Shown: piece after piece, positions 37,711 through 51,293 of the stretch | Position numbering within the stretch: the stretch's first letter is position 1 | Layout: every line of letters begins with the position of its first letter | NCBI GenBank assembly: GCA_028534125.1 | Contig: CM052816.1 | Span: forward strand, 29,514,001 to 29,578,000 | DNA from: Lama glama | Lineage: Eukaryota | Length of the DNA stretch: 64,000 nt | Direction of reading: 5' to 3' | Program-made: the position numbers and the translations under genes | Notes under the pieces: model-generated | The model's database searches: none | Told to the model about the DNA's origin: nothing | The model's input: only the letters and a program-made list of their open reading frames with translations

Positions 37711-38231
37711 CTATAATTAGAAAATTTCGGTCAAAATTTCACAGAAACAGTTTTTAAGTAAACAAATACTTTCCCTCATATGTAAGACTGGGATACATTC
37801 TCTATTTAGATGTTCAATAAGTTTTTTTTAAAAGTGTATGAATGCATGCACTCATATGCAAATTTATTTATTCATTCATTTTATAATTATAAAAATAATC
37901 ATGGTAGTGGCCTACAAGATTACAGAGAGGTGTAAAGAGGAGTATGTTTTTTATTACAAACTCTTCTGTACTGTTTTATTTTCCTAAATGTGTATATATA
38001 TTATTTTGTAAAAACCAGACGTATACTACTAAACAAATATGTCAACTAACAATTTAAGAACTAGATTCTAAATTTTAAAAACTTATGCTAACATGATATT
38101 GTGAAATATAAAAGCTATTTAAAAGCAATTTACTGCTTAAAAAAAAGAATCAGGAGAGAAAATATGGAATATCAATGAAAGAAACATGCAAAATATATTA
38201 ATTCATTTTTATATCAAAATGAAATACCTAC

Positions 38232-38401
38232 CTTTTCTATGCATTTGCGTAAGATGCGGGTATTCCGGACCCACCATCCCACTCCCATAGCTCTAAGTTC
38301 AGACCATGTGGGATCATCTTTCTGCATTGCTGGCAACATGTTCAGCAGTTCTTCTTCTGCTACTGAATGAAATGCCCAGGCAAAATGACTAGTAGACAGG
38401 C
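38232..38401 (-). CDS. DMXL1: DMXL1 exon 15 (170 nt) GLSTSHFAWAFHS...GWWVRNTRILRKCIEK
   Basis: tcttcag|GCCTG...GAAAAG|gtaggt. Confidence 0.96.
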
Positions 38402-38779
38402 CTGAAGAAATGTCAAAATAACATTTATAAGAAATATAAACATCATTACATAATGGTAATCAGAAATATGTGTTCCATATTTGCAATAAAATGCCTAAAC
38501 TTTATATGAGACACACAGAGTTATAATTAAGTGTTTGGGGTTGAAGGGAATATGGATTATTTTTTTTCTTGCTTCTCCAAACAATGAGATCACATCAGTG
38601 TTTTCTACAATGAATATGTATTTTCTATAATTAAAATATGTATTTTTTTAAAAGATAAGAAAAAATGCTTATGCGCAAATGTCACTGTGCTGAGTATTTC
38701 TGTTCTCTAGTATGTTTAGTCTCCTATGGTCAACATTTGTTGCATGGAGTTAATTCCATGGAATTAAAAAAGCATCTAG

Positions 38780-39210
38780 GAGACAGTATAACTGATGAAC
38801 AGAACGTAAGAATGCAAAAACTCTGGAATCAGAATCCATAAATTAGGGAGGGAAGGTATAGCTCAGTAGTAGAGTGCATGCTTAGCATGCGCAGGTGCTG
38901 GGTTCAGTCCCCAGTACCTCCATTAAAATAAATATGCAAATAAAGCTAATAACCCTTCCCCAAACAAACAAAAAAAGCAAACATTAAATAAATGAATAAA
39001 ATATTTTTAAAAACTAAAAAAAATGCATAAATTAAATTCCAACTCCATCTTAACTATATAACTTTGGTCAAGTTATTTAGTCTCTTGATTCTTCAATTCC
39101 CTTATTTATAAAATGTGAATTATCATGGCACCTACCTTATTATATTGTTGTGAGGATTAAAAGAAATAATACAGTTACCAGTATTTGGGATAGTACCTGG
39201 CACATAGTAA
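38780..39210 (+). mobile_element. MIR SINE split by the younger SINE
   Basis: actctggaatcaga...actttggtcaagttatttagtctct...aaaatg...gttgtgaggattaaa...agtacctggcacatagtaa. Confidence 0.75.
38846..39021 (+). mobile_element. tRNA-derived SINE (Vic-1-like) inserted in a MIR, with 13-bp TSD
   Basis: A box tagctcagtagtagag, B box gggttcagtcccc, A-rich tail; TSD aatccataaatta (38833-38845) and aatgcataaatta (39022-39034). Confidence 0.85.
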
Positions 39211-40431
39211 TTTTTATTACCCCATATCTTCATATTAATAAGATACTTTTATACTTACAAAGCATTACTTATATCAGCAAGTCTCTCAACTCACTGGCTC
39301 ACATATGTGGTGTTTATTGTTCAGTTTCTATTTTGTTTACTTTACATTTTGTTTAGTATTGCTGGATGAAGTAAATGATTAATTATAAGATGTGACTTTG
39401 ACTTATACGAACATAACAAATTCAGATTTTTAACCTTATAAACAGTGTCAAGGAATCTGAAATGCCCACTACACCCAAGTTTTTGGAAATAAACTAATTA
39501 AACAAACAAACATCTATGCTTTGAATGGACTGTTATTCTAAATTATTTTTAGATTGCTATTATCTCTCAACCAAGTTTAATCATTTTTCATAAATAAAGA
39601 ATCTGACTTAGAATTTTAAACTTCCCTTTTCCAAAGCTAAATGCAAAATGAGGGGAAGGAGGAAGCAGAAGGAGAATCAGAGACAGAAAGGAAAACAGAA
39701 AACAAGAGACAGAGACCAATGAGCAGAAGCTAACCTGTGGAGTCCCAATAACACTGTTTAAACCTTCAGATCCAATAATGCTGGAAGCCAGCTCTATCTC
39801 TTGAACTTGCTGGGCACTGAGCCAATAATAAATATTTTGTTTTGCTTAAGGTTACCTTAAATTTAAGTAAAGTATTTGTCACTTTGGGAGTCTTGGCTAA
39901 CAATATAAAAGTATCTGAGATGTTATTAAACTAGTATCTGAAATACATGTTAATGTTAAAAGAAGTTTTGGTGGTGAGTAGATTTTTATTTTCTATGTTC
40001 TGTACCTTTTTGGAAAACAATTAAAATATAAGTATGTATTATTTTTACAACAAAATAATATTCAAATTTTGTGGAAAAATGATTTTAGATAGATGTCAAA
40101 AAAAAGAAAAATGAAAATTTAAAGAAGAAATTAAAGAGAACAAAACAATACCAACTGGCTTTTAATGTATAATGCATTTGAAAACATAACACATAATATC
40201 CATTGCCCAAATTCTATTTCTTCACTAGCTCTTTCCATCTAAAACAAAATTCTAGTATTGTAAACAAAGAAGATGAGGTTAAAATAAACATTTTTAAAAT
40301 AAATTAAGGAAATTTACAATGTGTCAAATTTGTCATCATTATCATGTCTGGCATAAAACAACCTTAATTTTCTCAAGCCTCTCTTTTTCTACTCGCCCAA
40401 CTTTCTTTTAATAGATTACTACCAGAATCAC

Positions 40432-40539
40432 CTTGGTGAAGCAGTTGAGCTCGATAAGCTGGAAGAGAAGTTGTAAGAAAAGTATGAAGTCGAACAGCCA
40501 AAAGAAATTTTAACCCACATTCATCAAGAGTTTCTCCAC
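40432..40539 (-). CDS. DMXL1: DMXL1 exon 14 (108 nt) GGETLDECGLKFLLAVRLH...AQLLHQ
   Basis: tttatag|GTGGA...CACCAAG|gtgatt. Confidence 0.95.
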
Positions 40540-41792
40540 CTATAAAAAAGAAAAAAATTGTATTTTTATTTGTATTTTATTTTATTTGTAAGTGTATACT
40601 TTTTTACTAGTAAAACACAAATAAATGCTAATAATTCTGGCAAGCAGCATGTTACAGCATCAAATACAATGACAAAGACTGTAAAACTGACAAAGTTATA
40701 GTCTAAATATTATCTAATATATCTTTTTTCTATACAATTATATATTACAAAAAAGTTGCATAGTTAATGTAAAAAACAACAAAGAGAAGAATGAATTGAT
40801 TCAGGGTCTTTGACTTTTTAAATAATATTATTTCCTCTGATATGAATACTTAAATTAAAATGTGACTCATTTTTCAAATAGTTTAAACTTCTCTGCGGTA
40901 CATGTTACAATACTTTACATAGTCATTCAAGTCATATACCCATTCCGATAATCTGCTAACACTGGAAGAAATGGCTATACGGTGGAGGGCCTGATTTCTA
41001 CTTTAGGTAATTAAAAACATAAAGCACGTGTAAGACAGTGGCATCAAAAATAATGTCTACTAGTAATATTTCATTTCACAATTCATTACCAACTTATTTT
41101 TTCTTAAATTTTTTATTTTTATTATTGTTATTTTTTCTTAAATTTACCCCATATTTTCCTTTCAAGCATAGTTCAAAGAGTGCATCCTACTGACCTACAT
41201 CTGGTGCACAAGGTTGGACTGTTAATTTCAGATCTTATTCGAAATTTGATGAAAATTCTACAAATCTGTTCATAACTTAGGAGATTAAAAAGAAAAAAAT
41301 GCTCTTTGAGTGACAAAGAGACCTAATTTTTTTATGCTTGTTTCTGCTATTGTAGGAAGGAGTATACATTAATGCTAACTTTAAAGAAATCCTCAATATT
41401 AAAAAAAACAAATTAATAGTGAGTTGTTACAATGTGAGAAAAAATAATAAAGGAGAAAGCATATTTTATTTTCAAGTATCTAAAGTAATTACTTATTAAG
41501 AATGTTAAATTTTGCTAAACTTAAAATCGAGTAGTTGAATTTTTAACATAATATTAAGAAGACAAGTAAAAATGACTTGGGATATTGAATCTTTGTGCAT
41601 TTTCTTAGGGTACTATGATTTATGAGATAAACAGTATATATTCAAGTTAAAACTATTATGAAGGCCATAATGGTTTACAAAAACATTCATGGCTATCATT
41701 TTTATAAAAATTAAGATTATTTCCTATGGAAAAAAAAAGTAAAAATATTATCATTAGTTTTTCCTCTAATCTTATACCAAATTTAGTATTAC

Positions 41793-43478
41793 CTTGGCTT
41801 CTGTCTCTGCTTTCTCCAATATCAGTGCTGGTAGTTGCAATTGTATCCGCTAAAGCCATCAAAGACATCTGCTCCATCCGGCTGAGTCCTGGTAAACTAG
41901 AATGAAGTAAGTGGCCAGAAAGAACCTGAGCATGCTCAGGACCAAAGTAAGTTGGACTGTACTGTGAAAGGTCAATGACTCTGGGCTTTGTATTTTCTTC
42001 ATCTGTCTCTAACACATGACTATCAGTCGTTAAAGCTGAGACCTGAAAAAGCTCATCATAATTTTCTTTTGACAACTTGTTTGAGTTATTTAAGGTACCC
42101 TGATTACTAGATTTCTCCAAGGATGAGTAACAGCTATCATCATCTGCAGCAAGTAAGGCATATAAGGGAAGTGGAGGGACAGAATCAATTTCTGTGTAAT
42201 CTGTATTTTCACTCTTGTTGAATGCCTGAGGGTCTCTGGTAGTGCTTCCACTAGCACTGATGGTGAGAGACCTGAGTCGGCGCTCATGATTAGATTCAAC
42301 TTCATTCAGAGCCACAACTTCCCCAGCAATGCACTTGACAAGATGAGATAAGATGGCCTTTGCTCTCCGAACTTTTCCAAGATCCATGAGTTCTAAAAGC
42401 TGCAAAGGATGGTACTGAGGTAAAGTTGGGGAAAGAACATGAGCTGCTTCAAAAAGTCCCGAATCTTCCATATCCATAGAGGGATCTAGTGCAGTTTTCT
42501 TTCCACAGATTTTCTGTGCAAGACTGGTCATGGACCGAGTCAGAGTTTTCTTCGGAGGATGTAATCCAGAACTTGATGAGTTACTCTGTTTTATTAAACT
42601 TATTATAGATGGAGTGCTCCCATTGTATGAATCTGTTGTAACAGGTTCTTGTTTAGAAGATGGCTGCCACTGGGAATACACGTGCATTTCACAGTCCATT
42701 CCTACCACCAAGATGCCATCCCGGACCCATGATAAAGAAACAGGAAAAGGTGGAGAGCCTTCTACAGAAGAAACCAAGTCCACACTTCGTAACAGTACAA
42801 ATTTAGAAAGAGGCACAACTTTAGTACTCTCCCAGAGAGGGAATGCCAGGCTTTCCTTACCAGTCTGTTCTTGTACCTTGCCAGACAGGGGTCCATACAT
42901 AAAAAGTTTTGATCCAATTCCTACAGTCAGAATATGAGAACCATCTTCTCTAGACATCCAGTCTAAGTGAACTAAATGCTTTGTGTTTGATGTGATACTC
43001 TCTTTACTGGATAAATATACCTCTTGTTTATTATAAGCCACTAAATTGCTATCAATACTAATGCCAGAATCCAACACTGTATTTAACTCATCTAAATGAA
43101 TTGTCTGTTCAAGGACCCAACATGAACCTCCTGTAGACTCACATTCGAAAATACTCACATGCATCACAAAGTCCTGAGAAGATCTACTACTAGATGCAGG
43201 CTGCTTATACGCCACTGCTAAACGATTTGTGTGTGCACAGCTGACTTCTATAGGCCTACCAGGTACAGTTATACTACTATTGCTCTGCAGTCCGTCTTCA
43301 ATAAGTAATGGCCATTCTTCCCAAATGTACGTAAGATTCATTTCTCTATTCTTTGATGTGGCAGATTCTCCATCTGTTACTCTGCATCTCCAGAATCTTA
43401 CTTTCTCATCTGAGCATGAAGTTGCCAATAAATAAGGAGCACTGCACATGGGATATATGGAAGAAGAACTCAGATGTC
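41793..43478 (-). CDS. DMXL1: DMXL1 exon 13 (1686 nt) GHLSSSSIYPMCSAPY...IGESRDRSQ; WD40 repeats and start of Rav1p_C region
   Basis: attttag|GACATC...AGCCAAG|gtaata; 597-aa ORF 41656..43449. Confidence 0.97.
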
Positions 43479-44119
43479 CTAAAATAAGAATAATCCATTA
43501 ATAAAATGTCAAATTTGGTTAAATATATCTGTTTTCATGTACTAAAGATTTCAGTCTTTTGTATGGATTAGTGTTAACATGACAGTCAGTACTTAGTTTA
43601 AGGATCAGTGAGATCAGTAAGAAGATTTTAATGACATCAAAAAGGTATATAAAAAGGACATTATTACAAAAACCTAGAGCTGAAAGAGAATTCTGAGATA
43701 ATTTACTTCAATTCCTGTACTTTACAGGAACAGCCTCTGTTAAAAATTAGAATTCAGTAGTGAAGATTACACAGCACTAGCTAAGGATAGTTCTTAAAAC
43801 TGTGTCAATATAAACGTCACTCTTTTTCAAACTTTACCTTTCCTTGCATTGATGCCTCTTTTATTGAAATATTCAAACAAAAACCCCAGAATGTAAAAGT
43901 TATCAGAACACTGTTAATACTCCAACTCCTGCTAACTTCACCAAAGAGAAAAGATTAAGTACCTGATAACATGGCAAACTGAAAAGCATTCAAAAGTAAT
44001 TAGTCAAAAAAATGATAAAGAAGTAGAAAAGATCAAAACCCCACACTTTGACTATGAAAATGAAAGAACTTGAGTGACAAAAAGATGGATTTTGCCTTGG
44101 TGTTCTTAATACCCTAGAA

Positions 44120-44306
44120 TAGGGGTTCTTGGATCTTTTGTGTACATTGGAATCACCTGGAAGGCTTGTTAAAAGAAGACTGCTGGGTCCTGTCCTAGAG
44201 TCTGTGATTGAGTAAGCCTAGGGTATGACCTAAGATTTTTATTTCTAACAAGTTCCCAAACAGTGCTGATGCTGCTGGTCTGGGGACCACATTTTGAGAA
44301 CCACTG
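44120..44306. mobile_element. MER5A hAT DNA transposon
   Basis: ggaatcacctggaaggcttgttaaaa...gctgatgctgctggtctggggaccacattttgagaaccactg. Confidence 0.85.
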
Positions 44307-44708
44307 CCCTAAGATAAGGATAATAAATATGTATTGGGAGCCACACACTCAGAATCCTTCACAGCACACAGCTCCAGGCAGTCACTACCAGTATTATCAA
44401 AACTGGCAAATAGGGTGCAACCCTATTATTACCTTTGCCATGGAAACTTTTACTCTGTCTTCACAAAAGGATAATATAAATTTGTTTTAGAAATCAATAT
44501 TTAAGACTACAACTGGCTAACAAAAGTCAGAGTAATCTGAAAACATAATGAGAAATTTAAAATTTCAATTTAGAGTACTTAAAGACATTCTTTCCATTTC
44601 TGCTTCTGTGTGGATTTAAAAAGAGGGAGATGCCCCTATTTTTAAATACACAGTAAACACTCATGTATTACAAAGTTTGATTAGCCTCTTTTCACAAAAT
44701 TTACATAC

Positions 44709-44924
44709 CTGCTGATGGCTTAACACTTATTATTTCAACTCCTTCTGGCAAATCCAACTCTTGGCTATAAACCATTTCTGAAGACAGAGTCAGCTTGCTG
44801 GTACTCTGGAGATTTGCTCTGCAAGCCTGATACTTTTGTGAAAAAGGGGACAGGATCTTCTCTGGAGAATAGTGTTCTTCTGGCTGCCAAACTGCTTCAG
44901 ATACTTTTGTATCTGCCTTTTCAT
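44709..44924 (-). CDS. DMXL1: DMXL1 exon 12 (216 nt) DEKADTKVSE...EIISVKPSA
   Basis: tttatag|ATGAA...TCAGCAG|gtatgt. Confidence 0.94.
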
Positions 44925-45181
44925 CTATAAAACATAAGAACCAAAAACTGAGAGGGAAATCCCATAAACATTACAATTGCTACATTTTATAACTCAAAAC
45001 TGTCTTACAAAAGATAAATAAGTGAACATATTAATGATTTTTTCAGCAAGAAAATCAGAGAAGTGTTTTTTTAATTAACAGAATAAACCACAATTATTCT
45101 CTCTCAAAAAGAACAGCTTTTAAAAATACTCACTGAACAATCTAACCATACATAATCTAAGTTAAAAAAAAAAAAACTCAC

Positions 45182-45301
45182 CCAGTGAGACAGGAATGGA
45201 CTTTAAATGTAAATTCCACATGTGTAACAATGAACGATTGTCTTGGGCACTCTCCATCACAATTAGGTAGAATTTTTCAGAAAATCCATTAGATGAGTTG
45301 C
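45182..45301 (-). CDS. DMXL1: DMXL1 exon 11 (120 nt) GNSSNGFSEKFYLIV...LKSIPVSL
   Basis: caacag|GCAAC...CACTGG|gtgagt. Confidence 0.94.
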
Positions 45302-47549
45302 CTGTTGGTATAAATGATATATTTCGCTATTAACGTGAATAAATGTGATAACATTAAATATCCCTAGTTAACCAAAATTTTTAAAAATTCAAAATTCTTA
45401 CCTAAAGTTCCAAATAAAAAGTGGCATTACAGAATGTAACCAAATTCTTTACCACATGAATTACTTGAAATTTTAACAATTATATTCGTGCTACGCTTAA
45501 ATTTCATGTTTGAATTGACAAGCTTAAAAAAATTAACTAGTCATCGCTATCACATTGTTCACACAGATTAGATCATACCATATGAAGTAGGAAATTTCTG
45601 AACAGATATGAACTATGTGATAGACACTGTAACTCAACATATCATGATGAAAATTGTGTTGCCAAACATTCTGAAGTCAGTCAGTCCCTTAATGAAATGA
45701 CCTATTAATGATGTTTATCTAACATCAAAATTTAAGTATTTAATATACAATGCATTATTCAAAAATTATTTTCTTAGTCACATAATTTAAGCAGCACACA
45801 GGTTGGTCAAAGTAGACTAAAAAAATGAATCTAGCTAAAATATGTCATAAAATCAGTGGCTTATTTTGACTTGAAAAAAAAGAACTTTTAAAATGATAAA
45901 CTTTAATCCAAGTTTTCTTAATTATAAGCTGGTCTTCATTATGTACAAAATTATGTAAAGAAAAATCACATAAAAATTACATAAATCATAGAACATATAA
46001 AAAATCAGAGAGCAACTATTACTAATGTGCAATGATTTTGTACTTTGAAAATTTACAAAGCAAAAACAGTTTTCACAGGAACATTAGGAAAGAAAGATAA
46101 CCACAAATATTTTAAAATATATTATGTTAAGAGACTAAATGAAAAGGTAACTTCGGTAATGTGTTCTGGCTGAGTTAGGCATTTAAATTACAAGAATTAA
46201 GAGGAAGGACAGGATAAGGGATTATAACAAAAGAAAAAAGTACAGAAATCAATCTACTTCTGATAATTTTACTAACAAGAAAGAATGCTCCAATAATGAA
46301 AATATCTGTAAAACATTTCTTTTCTTCTTGACATTAGAACAAAAGATGAAAACATAACTCCCTGGGTATTTTCTGGGAAACTCTGATAATGAAAATAATA
46401 GTTCTGAAGAAAAAGTTGATAAGAATTCCCTGAGTATTTGAAGAAAAACTAGAAAAAATAGTCTTAAAGAGAAAAAATTAAAAATTGAAGAATCATAGAA
46501 AAGGAAATACTGGAATAGATGAAGAGCATAGCAAAACTCAACCTTAAGCACAGGAAAGTAATTTCTTTAAAAAGTCTTAAAGAGATTCGAATCATTAACA
46601 ATATCAAATTCTTATTAATGTTTTAATATAAAAAGGAAAAATAAACAACATTTTGTTAATATAAACAACTCTATCCTGTACCTGACACCTTTATTTCTCT
46701 TTTTTAGCATCTTCCCATCATTATATTTAGAAGTTACAAAAGAACTGCAAGTATTTTGGCACAGTTCATGAATTCTCAGGAAAAATGACAGAAAACTAAG
46801 AAAGCAGTGGTAAAAAATTAGACATTTAACATAAAAATGCAGAATTCAAAAACATACTTCTCAAAGGAGAAGAAAAACAGAAAAAAGGCAGAATAAAGAA
46901 ATGATGTGCAAGAAAAGAAAAATAATCTAGAAAACAGAATGCAGTTATTAATGTAACTTGAGGTTTGATAACTGACTTTTAAAGCAAAAGGCACATATTG
47001 CACAGTTCTTTGGTAAGTAAAGTCATTTTGAGTTCAGTTTGGCTCTGTAACTGAAACTGATAACTAACACACTTTAGCTTTATTTTGCTCTGTTTTCCTT
47101 TATGCAAAGTATCAATTAATACCAGGTGAAGGAGTTAAATATAATTTTAAAAATTGTTTAATTATAAAAGCATTAATTAAGACACTTGGCCTTTATAACT
47201 TTAAGTTTGAAGCTAATGCTTTAAATTATAGATTTTTAAAAGGTTAGGTGTCCATACTACCTAAATTGTCAGGGCAGGACCCCTCCCATGCAAAGAGTAC
47301 TCACACATTAATGATAAAGAATATGTCTATTAAGCTTTTTAAAAAACATAACTGACAAACCCCTTTAATTTTCTGTTATTTCCTTGTTAAGAATAAAAAT
47401 ATACTGATACTTATGATAAATGAGATCACATATGTATATAGGAAAAATTTAACCTCAAATAAATATGAAACATTATATCAACTTATCTTTATTAACTGCT
47501 TAACATATTCTACATTTCATTTCACATTACATATAAAATTCTTCCTTAC

Positions 47550-47652
47550 CTTCATCAGATAATAGTCTGCCTTTTCCCAGACTTTTCTTCTCAAGGTTAT
47601 TCAAAATGAAGTCTTCTTGAAAAACATGAAGCAGCTGTGTTTTTCTGCCTTG
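47550..47652 (-). CDS. DMXL1: DMXL1 exon 10 (103 nt) QGRKTQLLHVFQEDFIL...LLSDE
   Basis: attcag|CAAGG...GATGAAG|gtaagg; follows an 80-nt intron. Confidence 0.94.
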
Positions 47653-47732
47653 CTGAATATAAATAAATACCAACATAAGCTGACATACATATTATTTACC
47701 TAATGCTAAGCAGCCAGAAAAATAACACTTAC

Positions 47733-47822
47733 AAGTTTGGTAATGGGATCTAATGCAATGATGCATCCTGGCCGGGCTGTTGACTGTTGACTTACGATGT
47801 TAAACACTTCACCAACATATTT
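47733..47822 (-). CDS. DMXL1: DMXL1 exon 9 (90 nt) KYVGEVFNIVSQQSTARPGCIIALDPITKL
   Basis: aaacag|AAATAT...AAACTT|gtaagt. Confidence 0.95.
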
Positions 47823-48209
47823 CTGTTTTGGGGAAAACAGGTAAGTCCTTTATTAAACAATAAATTAAAAAACAGTAACAAATGATGTAAAATTTCAAGC
47901 ATAATAGATAAATAAATTCAAGTGAGCCTAAATAAGTTCCCACGTCCCTTTCATTATAAACATTCTAGGAATTTACTAGGAAATTGCTAGGAAATTACAT
48001 AGGAATGAATAGAGTTACAGATCAGTTGGTGCAGAGAAGAACAGAAGCAGTGCTTGGTAACTGTTAAGGGGAAAAAAGTATTGTATATTCGTAAGTGTGA
48101 AAGACAGACTTCAATCTCATGGAAATGTTCTAAGATTCAATGCTTTTTAAGCATTAATTTTGACTAAGACAAACGAAGCTAAAGTTGCAATGCTATCTAC
48201 ATATATTGA

Positions 48210-49530
48210 TTTCTTGAGCCATTTATCTTCTGATTCCTCTAGTCAGGGTCACACTGTTAAATTCAATCTTCATCATACTTATCTATCAATAGCAACTGAT
48301 TCTGTTGATTACTCCCTCCTCTTTGAATTAGTTTTCTTCACTTTGGCTTCCATTATACACCAAGCTCACCCTACTTTTTTTTTTAAATTGAAGTGGCTTG
48401 ATTTAAAATGTTGTGTTTTACCTCACTTTTAACAATGAAATGTCCCAGAGTTCTATCCTTACATCTTTTCTACTATCCAATCATATCCTTTCCCTCCGTG
48501 ATTTCATTCAGCTCCATAACTTTATGTTCTGAGAACTACTTATCTTTTATCTTCAGACCAGGCCTTCGTCTAAACGCAAGAAACCAGCCTACTAGAACTC
48601 TTGGTTATCAAACAGGAATTTTAAAATTAACATATTCAAAGCCAGGCTCTTCTTGAATCCTCCAGCTCCTGAAAATATGCTATTTATACACTCTTCCCAT
48701 CTCAACTCAAGGCAATTCTATTCTTCCTAGTGCTCAGACACAAACCCTAGGAGTCATCATCTTTTCCTAACACAAATCTCATATCCATCCAATCCTGACT
48801 ATTCTGTTAAAAACACAACAAGATTTGACCAATTCTTATCATCTTGTCATCTGGTAGCTACCACTTGCTACCATTCTCAGTCCCTTTGACTCTTTCCTAG
48901 ACTACTGTAACAGCTTTCCGAATTGGTCTCTCTGATTCCACTTCTGCTTCCCATATCTAATCTATATACACCCAGAGCAATTCTTTCAAAATCTGTGAGA
49001 TCATATTACTGTCATTCTCTTTATTAGTTTATGTGTTATTAAAAGTAAAAGCCAAAGTTACTACAGTGACCTATGAGGCCTTTAATGATCTGGCCAGGCT
49101 AACTTTCTGACTTCATCTCTGATTATTCTCCATCTCACTTACTCTGCATGAATCCACAATGGACTCTGTGCAGTTCCTTACATACTAAACATGATCTGGC
49201 CTCAGGATCTTAGCACTGGCTGTTCATCCTCCTGGAATACTCTTCTCTCTAAACATTCACATCCTTCATCTCCTTCAGGTCTTTACTCAAAGGGTACCAC
49301 TTCCGTGAGGCTTACCCTGACCAGCACTTTACTTGGCACTCCCTTCTACTTCTGCAACACTGTTTCTCTTCAAAGTATTTACTAATACATTTTTACCTTT
49401 TTTCTATATTCCTTCACTAGAATATAAGCTTAGATATTTGTCTGTTTTGCTCACATCTAAATCCCCAGCACTTAAACCAATTCCTGAAAAATAGAAGGCC
49501 CTCAAGAAATACACGTTTCTATTGAAACAC
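48210..49530 (+). mobile_element. LINE-2 3' fragment
   Basis: aaaccctaggagtcatc; ctagactactgtaacagc; ttgtctgttttgctcac...ccccagcactta...ccctcaagaaata. Confidence 0.75.
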
Positions 49531-50252
49531 TTTATATATGTTTTGAAATAAAAATAACTTAAGGAAAAAACAGGATTGGAGTAGACCAATGACACCTATG
49601 CAATTCTGCAATCAAAGCATTACCAAAGACCTTAAATGGTAGTTAAGGAGATAGCTTGAATCTCCTAAATAGGAAGCTCAGTCCAGCCAAAGATTGCCTC
49701 AGAGCATATTTTAAACACCAAAACCCAAAGAATGGAAATACTGGCTTGCTGGCGGTGCTGACACAATGCAGATGATGGGTTGCTATTAGTGGGTCACAGG
49801 AAAAAGTGCCCCCTGTCACAAGACAAAAGCTTTGCAATGGTGTTGAAAGGACTCCTGCCTATACTGCAACCAAGCTGAAAGCTTTTTTCTTTCCTGGTTA
49901 AGATTAAAATTCAACTCCTGATATTGCAGCTTCCCATACCTAGAAAAATCAACATAACTTCCACATTATATTGCCAGTAGTCTCCATTTATCTTTGAGCA
50001 AAGAAGTATTACAGAAACACATATGGTAGGACACTAAACTACTTTTGGAATGAAAGAAAGATACGGTTTCTTTTTAAAGGAGCTTAGAATCACTGTATGG
50101 GTACAATGCAAATGTGAAAAAAAATAACTAAAAAAATTCATATTTTATTACAAATTCTATGTCACAATTTTAGAACATGCCCAATAGGTATAAATTAAGT
50201 ATGTAAAAACATCATGTTATAATATTACTAGTTTTAAAAGCCATTTACTTAC

Positions 50253-50374
50253 AGAAATTTCAGGACTGGAAAGCTCATATAGAAGTTTCTTGGCATCAAT
50301 AACCGCTTCATATAATCTAAGATATTGTCCATCACTTGCTACAAAGCATGCACTAGGAGAGTTGCAGTATGCAC
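50253..50374 (-). CDS. DMXL1: DMXL1 exon 8 (122 nt) GAYCNSPSACFVASDG...SSPEIS
   Basis: cttctag|GTGCA...ATTTCT|gtaagt. Confidence 0.95.
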
Positions 50375-50506
50375 CTAGAAGTATTAAAAATTTTTTGAAA
50401 TTTAACCCTTAAGGGGTTAATAATGTTAGAAAATATAAATTCCTTTTTCTTTTTCAAGAAAATCTACACTTCCCAAATAAAAATCAAGTAAAAAAAAAAT
50501 ACTTAC

Positions 50507-51191
50507 CTAGACAGTAACTGGGTATAAGAGTAGGCAGCCATGCCACATTGGAAAATGCAGAAACATGAAGAGAATTAATCCGGGCAAGCTCAGAAACGCC
50601 TCCAGAAAAAGACAATGGCCCGACTGGATCAACTCTCCAAAGAATAAGCTCACTATAAACTGCACTGGGATCCTGAAAGGCCATGTCAGCAGTGCTTTTA
50701 TTCTGTTGTGCCAAAGAACATCCTTCAGTATTCACAGCATCATAAGGCTCCTTCTGGTTATCAACATCTGGTGTCCTTAATGCATTATGGTGTGACGTTG
50801 TTAGCAATAATGGTAACACTGAGTGACAAGCTAAATCGTTAAGATGAAAGCGATGACCACAATATCTGGATTTGTGGGAAATACTGAGAACTGTAGAAAA
50901 AGCAGATTCTTCAGCAAAACTGACCAGCCATTGATTTAGGGAGCCATCAGCATGCTTTGAAATCATCATAACATTAGGGGTAAAAATACTTAATTTTAAA
51001 CTATTAGTTGATTTACTGTGACCAGAAGAGATAAGCATTGACGTGGAACGCGTCAGGCTGGAAGGTTTTTGTTTCCCTTGCTGAATAGCCAAGTCAACAT
51101 TCTTGGTACAGGCATACATCACTATGCTTTTACAGAGAGAATTTGCATCACCTGTGGGGAAAGCTACCGGAATTCTGGAAACAAAGGACAC
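50507..51191 (-). CDS. DMXL1: DMXL1 exon 7 (685 nt) VSFVSRIPVAFP...WLPTLIPSYCL
   Basis: attttag|GTGTCC...TGTCTAG|gtaagt; ORF 50484..51191. Confidence 0.97.
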
Positions 51192-51293
51192 CTAAAATTA
51201 AGAAAGCGAGCATTAGAATCGATGAAATTATATGAAGAGGTTTTACAAAACAAGTTCCAAGAAGTAGCTCTCCAGAGATCATAAAAACAGTAC

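Noticed and set aside
38846..38925. tRNA-like sequence
   Set aside because: Has an A-rich tail and TSD, so it is a SINE head rather than a tRNA gene
42530..43435. Plus-strand ORFs (135 aa, 68 aa) opposite the large exon, and similar ones at 32091-32881 and 50565-51284
   Set aside because: Antisense shadows of DMXL1 coding exons with no independent gene evidence
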